Shown in pieces: positions 10,728 through 20,342 of a DNA stretch of 64,000 nt. Made by a program: the position numbers and the translations under genes. Source of the DNA: an uncultured delta proteobacterium (lineage in GTDB: Bacteria > Desulfobacterota > Desulfobacteria > Desulfobacterales > SpSt-501); contig CAWHEZ010000019.1 in the NCBI GenBank assembly GCA_963828345.1, forward strand, positions 61,568 through 125,567. Direction: 5' to 3'. Numbering within the stretch: position 1 is the first letter of the stretch; every line of letters begins with the position of its first letter. A model generated the notes under the pieces. It ran no database searches. It was not told the origin of the DNA and was given only the letters and a program-made list of their open reading frames with translations.

Positions 10728-11633
10728 CTACTGCGGGGCCTGGGCGCTCAACAGGCGATCGACCGTCTTCTCCACGCCGTCCTGCCAGGGGGGCCGCACG
10801 ACCCCGAAGCAATCTTCGATGCGCCGGCAGTCCAGGACCGAGTAGGCCGGCCGCCGGGCCGGGGTGGGGTAGTCGGCCGTGGCAATCGGGGTGAGGCGGT
10901 AGCCCCGGATGCGGCCGCGCGCCGCCATCGTGTCGAGCACGTGGCGCGCCAGCCCGCACCAGGAGGTCGTCCCGGCGCCGCAGTAGTGGTAGGTGCCCCA
11001 GGGGGTTCCGGCGCCGCGTGCGGCGATGGCGAGAACCGTCGCAGCCAGGTCTTCGGCGCAGGTCGGCGAGCCCACCTGGTCGTCCACGATGCGCAGCTCG
11101 TCCTTTTCCGCGATCAGGCGCATCACGGTCTTGACGAAGTTGGCGCCGTGGGCGCTGTAAAGCCAGGCGGTGCGCACGATGACGTGCCGGTCGAGCGCCG
11201 CGCGCACGGCGGTCTCTCCTTGGGCCTTGCTGCGGCCGTAGACGCCGAGCGGGGCGACGGGGTCCTCCTCGCGGTAGGGCTCCCGTTTGCACCCGTCGAA
11301 CACGTAGTCGGTGCTGATGTGGACGAGCGGAATGTTTTCGGCGCTGCAGCGGGCGGCGATGCGGGCGGGGGCGGCGGCGTTGATCGCGAAGGCCAGCTCC
11401 GCCTCGGTCTCCGCACGGTCCACGGCCGTGTAGGCGGCCGCGTTGATCACGGCTGCGGGTCGGGCCGCGTCCCACGCCGCGTCGACAGCGGCGGGCCGGG
11501 TCAGGTCCATCTGCGCGAGGGTGGGCGCGACGAGGTGGATGCCGAAGCGGGGCGCCTGCGCGATCAGCTCGGTGCCGAGCTGGCCCTCGCCGCCGGTCAG
11601 AAGAATGCGCATCGGGGGATGGGCGGCCGTCAT
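10728..11633 (-). CDS. rfbD: dTDP-4-dehydrorhamnose reductase
   Basis: MRILLTGGEGQLG Rossmann start, STDYVFDG, YGRSK catalytic motif, DQVGSPT. ATGA overlap with the upstream ORF supports the start at 11633. Confidence 0.85.
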   Translation of the reverse strand: MTAAHPPMRILLTGGEGQLGTELIAQAPRFGIHLVAPTLAQMDLTRPAAVDAAWDAARPAAVINAAAYTAVDRAETEAELAFAINAAAPARIAARCSAENIPLVHISTDYVFDGCKREPYREEDPVAPLGVYGRSKAQGETAVRAALDRHVIVRTAWLYSAHGANFVKTVMRLIAEKDELRIVDDQVGSPTCAEDLAATVLAIAARGAGTPWGTYHYCGAGTTSWCGLARHVLDTMAARGRIRGYRLTPIATADYPTPARRPAYSVLDCRRIEDCFGVVRPPWQDGVEKTVDRLLSAQAPQ

Positions 11634-11962
11634 TCTTTTTTGAGCCGGGGGCGCTCGTATTCCTGCTGCATGGCGCGGAGCGCGTCGGCCAGCTCCTGGT
11701 GGCTCAGGACGCCCTTCTGGATCAGGAGCCGGGCCAGGGCCTCGAGGCGCACGGAGGTGGAGACGAGCAAGGCCTCGAGCGATTCGTCACGCGCCGGGTC
11801 GGAATCGGCGGCGACGAGTTCTTCGAAAGCGGCCTCTCCGCGTCGGTCCTGCCTGCTGCGGCGGTCGACCCCGTCGTAGGGGGCCTTGATCCAGCGGCGG
11901 TTCAAGCCCGAACGCCGTTCGCTGGGCGAGGGGTCCGGAGTGAAGCTGCGTTTGAACGTCAT
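11630..11962 (-). CDS. hypothetical Arg-rich 110-aa protein, translationally coupled to rfbD
   Basis: The stop overlaps the rfbD start (ATGA). Helical C-terminal half. No family recognised. Confidence 0.5.
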   Translation of the reverse strand: MTFKRSFTPDPSPSERRSGLNRRWIKAPYDGVDRRSRQDRRGEAAFEELVAADSDPARDESLEALLVSTSVRLEALARLLIQKGVLSHQELADALRAMQQEYERPRLKKE

Positions 11963-12151
11963 GATCGGTCTTCCATGATTGGGGTGGTGAAATCAATTTA
12001 GTATAAAACGTGCATGAGGTCAAAGCGACGGCACGAGGAGAGCGCTCGGACGGACGGCCCGCTTGAAATCATGACGCGATCCGTCCTATTTACTTCGACC
12101 GTACCCACATCGACTGCCGAAGGTGCCCGGCGTGCGCACGAAGGGAGCATT

Positions 12152-13123
12152 ATGTACCTGCAGCATTTCGGTTTGAACCAGCCCCCGTTCAGCATCAGCC
12201 CAGACCCGCAGTTTCTCTGGCTGAGCGGCAATTACGCCCGGGCCTTCGAAGCCCTCAAACGCGGCATCCTCGAGGGCGGCGGCTGCCTGGTGCTGACCGG
12301 CGACGTCGGGACGGGGAAGACCAGCCTGATCCAGGGGATGGCTCGGCTGGACGGTGTCGCCGCCATTTTCCTCACGATAGACGACCCGGACCTTTCGGCG
12401 CTCGATTTCTGCAACGCCCTGGCGGCCGAGTTGGAGATGGGGCTCCAATTCGGCAGTTGCGCGGATTTCGGTGCGGCGCTCGCGCGCTTTCTCCCGCAGG
12501 CGTTTGCGGCGTGCCGGACCGTGCTGGTCATCGTCGACGAGGCCCAGCGCCTGAAACCGGAGGTTCTCGAGACCACCGCGGAGCTGTCAATTTCGAAGCC
12601 ATCCGGCCGCACGCCGCTCAAGGTCGTTTTTGTCGGCCAGCTCGAGCTCCACCAGTTGCTGCAGCAGGCGGAGAGTTCCGGGGCCCGTCAGAACGTCGCC
12701 GCGCACTGCCACCTCGAACCCCTCACCGGGGCGGAAACCCTGAGCTACATCGAGCACCGGCTCAAGGTGGTCGGCAGGGACACGCCGCTGTTCACGCAGG
12801 ATGCCATCCGCGAAGTCCACCGGTTGTCGCAGGGCTACCCGCGCCTGGTCAACATGGTCTGCGACCACGCGCTGCTCTACGGCTACGGCGCCAACCTGGA
12901 GCGGATCGACGTCGTGACCGTCCGGGAGTGCAGCCGGGACCTGTCGGTGGCGCTGGGTCTCGATGACGTGTCGGGAACCGGCGAGGCGGCCGCGGCGGTC
13001 GACTGCGCGACCCCAGCCCCGAGCCCGCCGGGAGTCGCGCCGGAGACGAACTGGCGGCCGGTCGCGCTGCTCGGCGCGTCCCTGGCGGCGGCCGTGATCG
13101 GGTACCATCTGCTCTACCGCTGA
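12152..13123 (+). CDS. ExeA/GspA-like AAA ATPase with a C-terminal membrane helix
   Basis: GAAGGGAG precedes ATG 12152. MYLQHFGLNQPPFSISPDPQFLW, Walker A GDVGTGKTS, VIVDEAQ, HRLSQGYPRLVNMVCDHAL. C-terminal WRPVALLGASLAAAVIGYHLLY. Confidence 0.8.
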   Translation: MYLQHFGLNQPPFSISPDPQFLWLSGNYARAFEALKRGILEGGGCLVLTGDVGTGKTSLIQGMARLDGVAAIFLTIDDPDLSALDFCNALAAELEMGLQFGSCADFGAALARFLPQAFAACRTVLVIVDEAQRLKPEVLETTAELSISKPSGRTPLKVVFVGQLELHQLLQQAESSGARQNVAAHCHLEPLTGAETLSYIEHRLKVVGRDTPLFTQDAIREVHRLSQGYPRLVNMVCDHALLYGYGANLERIDVVTVRECSRDLSVALGLDDVSGTGEAAAAVDCATPAPSPPGVAPETNWRPVALLGASLAAAVIGYHLLYR

Positions 13124-13160
13124 CCGCCGCCCGGTTTGTGCGGCAACGTCGAGGTGCGGC

Positions 13161-14324
13161 TTGGAAGAGAATGACAAGGTCTATGCTGATCTGCGCCGCC
13201 ATTTGGACCGGCAGCCCATCGGCTTTCCGGCCACCCGGTCCGGCGCCGAGCTGAGGATCCTGAAGCGCATTTTCACACCCGAAGAAGCCCGGATCGCCGC
13301 CTGCCTGAGCTACAGGCCGGAGAACATCGAAACGGTGTTCGCTCGCGCCGGCCATCTGGTCCCATCGCGGGAGCGCCTGGAAACGATCCTGGACGGTCTT
13401 GAAAGAAAAGGCGGGATCGAACTGCAAATCAAGGATGGCCGCAAGTTCTACTGCAACGCCCCGCTGGTGGTCGGGATGTTCGAGTTCCAGGTCGACAAGC
13501 TGACCGAAGGCTTTATCAGGGATTTCGACGCGTACACGTCCCAGAGGAAATTCGGGATAGAATTCCTCAGCACCAAGCTGCCCCAAATGCGCACCATTCC
13601 CATCGCCCGGAGCATCCAGCCGCAGCACCGCGTGAGCACCTACGATGAGGTGGCGGTGCTGCTGCGGCAGGCCGAGGAGCCCTTTGCCATCTTCGAGTGC
13701 ATCTGCCGCAAGAAAAAGGCGTTGAGCGGCGAACCCTGCCGGGCCACGCGCCGCAAGGACACCTGTTTTGCGACCGGCAGTCTGGCCGAGGCCGCGCTGC
13801 GCAACGGGATCGGAAGGCAAATCTCGCGCGACGAGTCCCTTTCGATCCTCGAGGAGAACCAGAAAGAGGGGCTGGTGCTGCAACCCTCCAACTCGGAAAC
13901 GGCCGAATTCATCTGCTCGTGCTGCGGGTGCTGCTGCGGGATGCTCGGCATGCAGAAGGGCCTGCCGAAGCCCGTGGATTTCTGGGCTTCGAATTTTTAT
14001 GCGGTCGTCGCTGCGGACGCGTGCAACGGGTGCGGCGCATGCGAACGCCGCTGCCAGGTGGGGGCGGCACGCGTGTCCGCATCAGACGGGAAAGCCCGGA
14101 TCGACCTGAACCGCTGCATCGGGTGCGGCGTCTGCGTCCCGGCCTGCCCGGAAAAGGCCTTGGCGCTGCACAAGAAGCCTCAAGAAGTCCGGCCGCCGCG
14201 GACCCGGGACGAGCTGCATGCGATCATCATGGCGCACAAGAAGGGTCGGCTGGGAAAGCTTGCAATAACAGGAAAAATACTGATAGACGCGATCCGGACC
14301 GGGCAAACCCGGCTGCTCAGATAA
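13161..14324 (+). CDS. 4Fe-4S dicluster domain protein with a Cys-rich middle region
   Basis: CNGCGACERRC and CIGCGVCVPACP ferredoxin motifs, plus CICRKK...CSCCGCCCG. Confidence 0.8.
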   Translation: MEENDKVYADLRRHLDRQPIGFPATRSGAELRILKRIFTPEEARIAACLSYRPENIETVFARAGHLVPSRERLETILDGLERKGGIELQIKDGRKFYCNAPLVVGMFEFQVDKLTEGFIRDFDAYTSQRKFGIEFLSTKLPQMRTIPIARSIQPQHRVSTYDEVAVLLRQAEEPFAIFECICRKKKALSGEPCRATRRKDTCFATGSLAEAALRNGIGRQISRDESLSILEENQKEGLVLQPSNSETAEFICSCCGCCCGMLGMQKGLPKPVDFWASNFYAVVAADACNGCGACERRCQVGAARVSASDGKARIDLNRCIGCGVCVPACPEKALALHKKPQEVRPPRTRDELHAIIMAHKKGRLGKLAITGKILIDAIRTGQTRLLR

Positions 14325-14660
14325 AAGCGTTTTTTCCGCCTCTGTGGATCGGTCCATAATCGCCGTCGCAGCCCGGGCCCCACTCGCCCGACAGGTCCGG
14401 TCCACCCCTGTTCTCGGACCCGCGCAGGGATTTCCTGCCGCACCCCGCCATCTACTCCTCCCGATTGTCCCCCTGCGGGCAAGATCGACCGGTCCGGACC
14501 CGGTCGGGCCGGCAAAAACTACCCCGTCAATCAATCCGAATCCCGACCGTCATCGAAGCTAAGCGACGGTTTTCCTGGATCATTATTCGCGCTCCCGGGT
14601 TTTGGCAGGCGCGTTGCAACTGCGGACGCATCGGTCGCAGCGCGCAAGGGGGGAATCCAG

Positions 14661-15125
14661 TTGGCCATGCCCAGGGGACTCGGAACGAGGTTGTCTTCGA
14701 TCCTGCTTCTGATCGGTCTGATCCTCTTCGGCACCCGGAGCCATGCCGAGGAGGTCGCGCTGGCCTGGGACGCCAACCGGGACAGCGATCTCGAGGGCTA
14801 CGGCGTCTATTTCAAGGCCGGCGCGGACGGGCCGCCTTACGATTTCTTCGGGTACGTCGGCATTTCCGATCTTCCCGATGCGGACTCGCCGGAATTCACC
14901 GTCAGCGGGTTGCAGCCGAACACCACGTACCACTTCGCGATAACCGCGTACGACACCGCCGGCAACGAAAGCGCCTTCTCCGCGTCCGTGTGCGCCGAAG
15001 TCGGCGCCGTCGTGACGCCTTGCGAAGCCGGCGCCACGCCGCCGGCTTCGGGCACCCCCGGCAGCAGCTCGACCGCAACCGCTTCCGCCGCGCCAAGTGG
15101 TGCTGGCGGTAGTGGAAGCGGGTGA
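14661..15125 (+). CDS. secreted fibronectin-type-III-like protein ending abruptly in a Gly/Ser linker
   Basis: Signal peptide LSSILLLIGLILFGTRSHA. LAWDANRDSDLEGYGVYF...GLQPNTTYHFAITAYDTAGNES is FN3-like. Ends ...AAPSGAGGSGSG* exactly at the compositional break. Confidence 0.65.
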   Translation: MAMPRGLGTRLSSILLLIGLILFGTRSHAEEVALAWDANRDSDLEGYGVYFKAGADGPPYDFFGYVGISDLPDADSPEFTVSGLQPNTTYHFAITAYDTAGNESAFSASVCAEVGAVVTPCEAGATPPASGTPGSSSTATASAAPSGAGGSGSG

Positions 15126-16643
15126 ATTGGTTACATAGCGTCGGTACTTTTGCAGAACGGCTTCAAGATAAAGATAATCGACGTCAGACTAGGGAAGGAA
15201 AAGGTCTTGGAGGAGATCCGGAGATTGGATCCCTTGGTGGTTGGCTTTTCTTTAATTTTTCAATACCACCTTTACGATTTTGCCGAGTTAATTGACTACC
15301 TGAGGGCTCACGGGGTCACGTCCCATTTCTGCATTGGAGGGCATTACCCGAGTCTTCGGCATGATGAGATCCTGAGCATCATCCCGCAAATCGATTCGGT
15401 AGCACTCTTCGAGGGGGAGTACACCTTCCTCGAGCTGGTGAAATCCATTTCCAGAGCTGAAGAGTGGAGAGATGTACATGGGATTGCCTACCGAAACAAT
15501 GCGTCGAATATAGTCAATCCTCTGCGTCCCCTCGAAAAAGATCTTGACAATTTTCCGCCCCCTGTTCGCTACCCGGTCAGACAGTCCGTCCTCGGGAAGA
15601 AGATTGCCACGATAATGGCCGGCAGGGGTTGTGTTTTTAACTGCTCGTTCTGCAGCATACGGGAATTCTACTCCAAGCCCCCGGGGCCGTCCAAGCGGGT
15701 GCGGCGCTCGGAGATGGTGGCGCGTGAAATTGAACTGCTGTACAACGAGATGGGCTGCGCGATTTTTATGTTTCAGGACGATGATTTCCCGGTAGCCAAG
15801 AAAGCGGGTAGAGAGTGGACAACAAGGTTTTGTGAAGCGCTTCGCGAAAAAGGGCTTAATGACAAGATTATGTGGAAGATCAGTTGCCGGTGCGACGAGA
15901 TTAAGCCGTCGATTTTCCAAGGGATGAAAGAGTCGGGTCTCTCACTAGTTTACCTGGGCATAGAATCCGGCACGGACTCCGGTCTGCGTCTCATGAACAA
16001 GCGCCTGACCGTTGAAACGAACGTCCAGGCCGTCAAAACGCTGAAAGAATTGGGGATCAACTACGAATACGGCTTCATGCTCTTCGACCCTACGACCACC
16101 TATGAGTCAGTGCAAGAGAACCTCGATTTTCTCAAAAATATATGCGGTGACGGGTCGGCGCCTGTTACGTTTTGCAAGATGCTTCCTTATGCGGGGACCC
16201 CCATCGAGCGAGAACTCAAGAAAGAAGGCAGGCTCAAAGTCGTACGGCCAGGGTACGAAGATTACGATTTCATCGATCGCACTACTGATGATTTTTACGT
16301 GGCCGCCTCCGAGTGCTTCAACGAGTGGATTGGGCGCCAGGACGGCGTGACCAACCTCGCCAAATGGGCTAACTTTCATCTGTCAGTATACCGGAAGTAT
16401 TTTCAGCCAGAAGTTCACGCTGATGGCTTGAACGAGGCTGCAACCCGGGCGATCTCAGAGAGTAACCTCTATGTCGTGGAAACTCTCAGGACGCTCGCCG
16501 ATCTTGTATGCTCAGGACGGAGGGTTGCCCATGAGAGTGTTTCAACTATCAAGAGTGACGCTGCAGTGAAGCATGCGGAATTTCAAGCGCGGTTGATGGG
16601 CGTAATCAACGACGTAAGAAGCCGGGTAGAGAAAAAAGCATAA
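15126..16643 (+). CDS. B12-binding-domain radical SAM protein, 5'-truncated
   Basis: CVFNCSFC (CxxxCxxC) radical-SAM cluster motif. The frame is open right from the upstream TGA and reads IGYIASVLLQNGFKIKIID, i.e. it starts inside the B12-binding domain. The ORF track begins it at 15150. Confidence 0.75.
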   Translation: MGYIASVLLQNGFKIKIIDVRLGKEKVLEEIRRLDPLVVGFSLIFQYHLYDFAELIDYLRAHGVTSHFCIGGHYPSLRHDEILSIIPQIDSVALFEGEYTFLELVKSISRAEEWRDVHGIAYRNNASNIVNPLRPLEKDLDNFPPPVRYPVRQSVLGKKIATIMAGRGCVFNCSFCSIREFYSKPPGPSKRVRRSEMVAREIELLYNEMGCAIFMFQDDDFPVAKKAGREWTTRFCEALREKGLNDKIMWKISCRCDEIKPSIFQGMKESGLSLVYLGIESGTDSGLRLMNKRLTVETNVQAVKTLKELGINYEYGFMLFDPTTTYESVQENLDFLKNICGDGSAPVTFCKMLPYAGTPIERELKKEGRLKVVRPGYEDYDFIDRTTDDFYVAASECFNEWIGRQDGVTNLAKWANFHLSVYRKYFQPEVHADGLNEAATRAISESNLYVVETLRTLADLVCSGRRVAHESVSTIKSDAAVKHAEFQARLMGVINDVRSRVEKKA

Positions 16644-16844
16644 AAGAGGGCAGTGATTAACCGACCGTCGGCAGTTTTTTAAAATTATCGGAGCGGCGCT
16701 GAGTGTCTTCGCAACGACCTGATGATAAAATTTGTTGGCGGCGCAACCGTGCTTGGCCGTTCAGTATTATATCACAAATAAGCCACCCAGTTTGTAACTT
16801 GCATTACTGACAGCAAAACGAATAAAATTCTGGGGAGACAAAAG

Positions 16845-16950
16845 TCACAGATATCGACCGGGCGAAGGGTATATTCACAGATTACCGCCACGTCGGTAAT
16901 TTCATCCGACATATATTGAATTTCGGTAAGTTTGTGATGGTATCAATGTG
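16845..16950 (+). repeat. intergenic hairpin module, copy A (family also at 61381..61480 and, diverged, 62131..62250)
   Basis: GAAGGGTATATTCACAGATTACCGCCACGTCGGTAATTTCATCCGACATATAT... aligns with 61398-61450. Hairpin ATTACCG-N6-CGGTAAT at 16881-16900. Confidence 0.8.
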
Positions 16951-17238
16951 GTTAAACTGAGTCCTCAAAGAATTACAGGCAATCGTCATAATAGTTTATG
17001 TTTGGGCCCACCCGGCGAAGACCGGAGCGCCTATGGGGAATTTTCCAGATCAACGCCTATATGATGGATGGTGCCTGTTCCTATCTTTTCTGGGAAGGGA
17101 TATCACCCGGCCTATATGGAATTGCGGCAAGTTTGTGATAGTATCAAGGTGGTTAAACCGAGTACGCAAAGAATTGCAGGCGAACGTCACAGTGAGTGAT
17201 GCCGGGGCCTGCAGGGCGAAGACCGGAGCGAAGCGTTG
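16924..17238 (+). repeat. two ~112-bp direct repeats (16924-17035 and 17125-17238) duplicating the leader, RBS and start of the PIN-like gene
   Basis: CGGTAAGTTTGTGATGGTATCAATGTGGTTAAAC...GGCGAAGACCGGAGCG versus CGGCAAGTTTGTGATAGTATCAAGGTGGTTAAAC...GGCGAAGACCGGAGCG. About 80% identity by eye, period ~201 bp. Confidence 0.8.
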
Positions 17239-17838
17239 AGAACGAACTACGTCCTGATCGACTACGAGAACGTCCAACCTTCGGATCTTGAACTGCTTCG
17301 CGATGGGCCGTTCAAGGTCAAAGTGTTTTTAGGCGCAAATCAAGCTAAAATTCCCGTCGCTCTTGCTGCCGCCATTCAAGCGTTGGGAGCGAACGCCGAG
17401 TATGTTCTTCTCGAGTCTTCCGGCGCAAATGCGCTCGACTTCCACATCGCGTACTACATTGGCATGCTCTCCGCTTCAGAATCGTTGGCGTTCTTTCACA
17501 TCATTTCAAAAGACACAGGGTTCGACCCTCTCATAAAACATATCAGGGCTAAGGGGATATCTGTGCAGCGTTCCGCCTCCATCGCGAGCATGCCCTGTTT
17601 CAAGTCCCCCCTCCCATCGTCATCCGATGCTCACATTGAGATGGCGGTTGCCCATCTGGTCAAACTAAAGACGGCCAAGCCACGGGCCCAAAAGACTCTA
17701 TTGGGAACCTTGCATGCTCTCTTCAAGAAAGAACTCCCTGAACATCAGATTTCTTCCTTGGTCGTTTCTTTATGTAAACTGGGTATTGTCAAACTTGACG
17801 GCACCAAGGTTACCTATGACTTGCCTTCGGAGACCTGA
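17236..17838 (+). CDS. PIN/NYN-like domain protein
   Basis: TTG start after GGAGCG. MRTNYVLIDYENVQP...NALDFHIAYYIG...FHIISKDTGFDPLIKHI matches, from memory, the PIN-like family usually annotated as PIN domain-containing protein. Confidence 0.6.
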   Translation: MRTNYVLIDYENVQPSDLELLRDGPFKVKVFLGANQAKIPVALAAAIQALGANAEYVLLESSGANALDFHIAYYIGMLSASESLAFFHIISKDTGFDPLIKHIRAKGISVQRSASIASMPCFKSPLPSSSDAHIEMAVAHLVKLKTAKPRAQKTLLGTLHALFKKELPEHQISSLVVSLCKLGIVKLDGTKVTYDLPSET

Positions 17839-17939
17839 CTATACCGATTCAGGCGACGCTCTGAAGCGCACCTGATCGGAAACGTTTCTTCTTCCACATT
17901 GAGTCGGCTTGGAACAATAGAGTTGAAAGGGATGGACGA

Positions 17940-18455
17940 ATGTACAAGCAACTCGCGGCAGCCATTCTCGCAGTATTCCTGGTCATGTCGTTCGCGGGCT
18001 GTGCCGGGACACCGGCTCCGACCCCGGCCCCCGCCACGGTCCCGGACTCCGACGGCGACGGGGTGCCGGACGACATCGACAAGTGCCCGAACACGCCCAA
18101 AGGCGTCAAAGTCAATGCCACCGGCTGCTGGGAGCTGCGCGACGTCAATTTCGATGTCGGCAAGGCCGTGATCAAGAACCCCGCAGTCCTGGACGAGGTG
18201 GTGGAAATTCTGAAGATGAACCCTGCGATGACGGGCGAGGTGCGCGGTTACACGGACAACACGGGTTCGCTGGAGCTCAATCGGAAGCTCTCGGACGCCA
18301 GGGCCAAGGCCGTGCGCGACTATCTCGTCAAGCAGGGGATCGCGCCCGAGCGCATCCGCGCCATGGGGTTCGGTGCCGCGCAACCCGTCGCCGGCAACGA
18401 CACGGCCGAGGGGCGCGCCCAGAACCGCCGCGTGGAGCTGCACCCGGACCTGTGA
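17940..18455 (+). CDS. OmpA-family lipoprotein with a thrombospondin-type-3 Ca-binding repeat
   Basis: Lipobox VMSFAGC, DSDGDGVPDDIDKCPNTP, OmpA C-like YTDNTGS..NRKLSDARAKAV..GAAQP..NRRVEL. Confidence 0.85.
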   Translation: MYKQLAAAILAVFLVMSFAGCAGTPAPTPAPATVPDSDGDGVPDDIDKCPNTPKGVKVNATGCWELRDVNFDVGKAVIKNPAVLDEVVEILKMNPAMTGEVRGYTDNTGSLELNRKLSDARAKAVRDYLVKQGIAPERIRAMGFGAAQPVAGNDTAEGRAQNRRVELHPDL

Positions 18456-18624
18456 CGGCCGGGGCTGTGGGGGAGGGGGCGTTGCCGGGGTGCGACGGCC
18501 GCATCATCGTGCCGGGAGTCGCAAGGATGTTGACAACGCGCATGACCGTTTCCAACAGTAGGACAGTTGGAAATCAGATCACTGGCCGCTGCCTCGGAAC
18601 GCGGCAGGAAAAAGGGGGATCGCC

Positions 18625-18960
18625 ATGGTACGAATTCACCGAAATGGACGGCCGGGTTTCATCCTGATGCTCCTGGTGGCCGTAACGATCGCGCTTCCCT
18701 GCCAGCCTGCGCTGGCGGTTTTGATCGGGACCGATTCGGCTGCCGGCGTCTCGAATGCGCCGGTCGACAGGGATCAGGTGATGCAACTGCTGGCCCGTGA
18801 GGAGGTTCGGGCTGCGCTTCTGGCCCAGGGGCTGGATCCGGCGGAAGTGCAGGCCCGGGTCGCGAGCCTGAGCGAAGCCGAAATCCGAGAGATCGCCGGT
18901 CGACTCGAAACGCTGCCCGCAGGCGGGGATGGCTTCGGGACCGCCATCGCCGTGCTGCTT
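18625..18960 (+). CDS. PA2779-family-like small secreted/membrane protein; 3' end uncertain
   Basis: Signal peptide, then ALLAQGLDPAEVQARVASLSEAEIREIAGRLETLPAGGDG, which resembles PA2779-family proteins. The expected hydrophobic tail is replaced by Arg-rich sequence after ~18960, so a frameshift or junction is possible. Confidence 0.45.
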
Positions 18961-19195
18961 GCTGGTCACTCAAGGGTGCAGCGCCGGCGACGACCTCTCC
19001 AGGTGACCGAATTGTATTTCGGAGCCTCGCGGAGATGGAGGCGGCGCTGGAACTTCCCGGAGCGGGCGCTCGCGGCCGCGGACGGCAGAACACTTACCCG
19101 TTTCATCGGCGAGATCAAGCGCCGGACGTTTGAGGTCACGGACTACTGGAGCGGGTAGCTGCGCCCGCGTTATCGGGGAATTCTCGGGCAGCCTG

Positions 19196-20335
19196 CTAAT
19201 ACATTTCGAACTTGGCCAGTCGGCCGTCGAGCCCGCCGTTCTTGAGCGGCCGCTTCCAGGACGGCTTCAGACCGATGTGCTTGAGCATCGCGCGGTCGCC
19301 GAAGTAGAGGAAGGCCGTCGAGCCCTGGCAGCTGTGTTTCAGGAAGTCGCCGAGCTCTCGATAGAACCCTTCCATGCCGCCGGGCTGCTTCAGGCGGATG
19401 CCGTAGGGCGGGTTGCAGACGATGACCCGGCCGCCCAGGTCCTGCCGGCGCTGGTAGTCCGTGCGCTGCACGCGGACGGAGGCCCCGTGGGGGAGCCGGC
19501 GCAGGTTCTCGGCGGCGAGCGCCACCGCGTCGGCGGCGATGTCGCTGCCTTCGATCACCCCCTCCGGGAGCGGCCGCATCAGGCGGTTCTCGGCTTCCCG
19601 CACCGTGTCCCAGACGGCCCGGTCGAAGTCCGGCATCCGTTCGAACCCGAAGCGGGAGCGCAGGTAGCCGGCGGGGATGCGGCAGTAGTGCATCAGCGCC
19701 TCGGCCAGCAAGGTCCCGGAGCCGCACATCGGGTCGACCAGCGTCTGAGCGCCCTCCCACTCGGTCCACCGCACGATGGCCGCGGCCACCGTCTCCTGCA
19801 TGGGAGCCTCGACGGCCTCCCGCCGGTAGCCTCTGCGGTGCAGCGACCCGCCCGAGACGTCGAGGCTGATGACCGCGCGGTTGCTGTCCACGAAGACGTT
19901 GAGCCACACGTCCGGGTCGGTCCGCTCCACGTTCGGCCGCCGGCCGCAGTCCTCCCGGAAGTAGTCCACGACCGCGTCCTTGAGGCAGAGCGCGGCGTAC
20001 TGGGAGTGGCGGATTTTGCTGTTGGAGAGGTTCGCGAACACCGCCAGGGTCTGATCCACCCCCATGATCTCCTTCCAGGGGATCAGCTTGGCCTTGCGGT
20101 ACATGTAGTCGGTCGAGTGGCAGGGGAACGCGGCGAGCGGGGCCAGGATGCGGGTGGTCAGCCGGCTGCGGTAGGTGATGCGGTAGAGGGTCGGCTGGTC
20201 CGCGGCGAAATAGAGGCCGCGGTAGGACGGGCTGAGGTCGCGGGCGCCCAGCCCGCGCAGCTCTTCCGCGCTCGACTCCTCCAAGCCTTCGGCCGCCTGG
20301 GCGAAGTAACGCTGGTGCTCCTGGTAGGCGAACAT
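19196..20335 (-). CDS. THUMP-domain class I SAM-dependent RNA methyltransferase (RlmL/K N-half-like)
   Basis: DPMCGSGTLLAEA SAM motif, VCNPPYG (NPPY) motif, THUMP-like N-terminus. Confidence 0.85.
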   Translation of the reverse strand: MFAYQEHQRYFAQAAEGLEESSAEELRGLGARDLSPSYRGLYFAADQPTLYRITYRSRLTTRILAPLAAFPCHSTDYMYRKAKLIPWKEIMGVDQTLAVFANLSNSKIRHSQYAALCLKDAVVDYFREDCGRRPNVERTDPDVWLNVFVDSNRAVISLDVSGGSLHRRGYRREAVEAPMQETVAAAIVRWTEWEGAQTLVDPMCGSGTLLAEALMHYCRIPAGYLRSRFGFERMPDFDRAVWDTVREAENRLMRPLPEGVIEGSDIAADAVALAAENLRRLPHGASVRVQRTDYQRRQDLGGRVIVCNPPYGIRLKQPGGMEGFYRELGDFLKHSCQGSTAFLYFGDRAMLKHIGLKPSWKRPLKNGGLDGRLAKFEMY

Positions 20336-20342
20336 GGCGCGC

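Noticed and set aside
17033-17239. 68-aa ORF MGNFPDQRLYDGW... between the direct repeats
   Set aside because: It starts at the duplicated start site of the PIN-like gene, runs through non-coding repeat sequence and has no protein-like character. It is treated as a by-product of the leader duplication.
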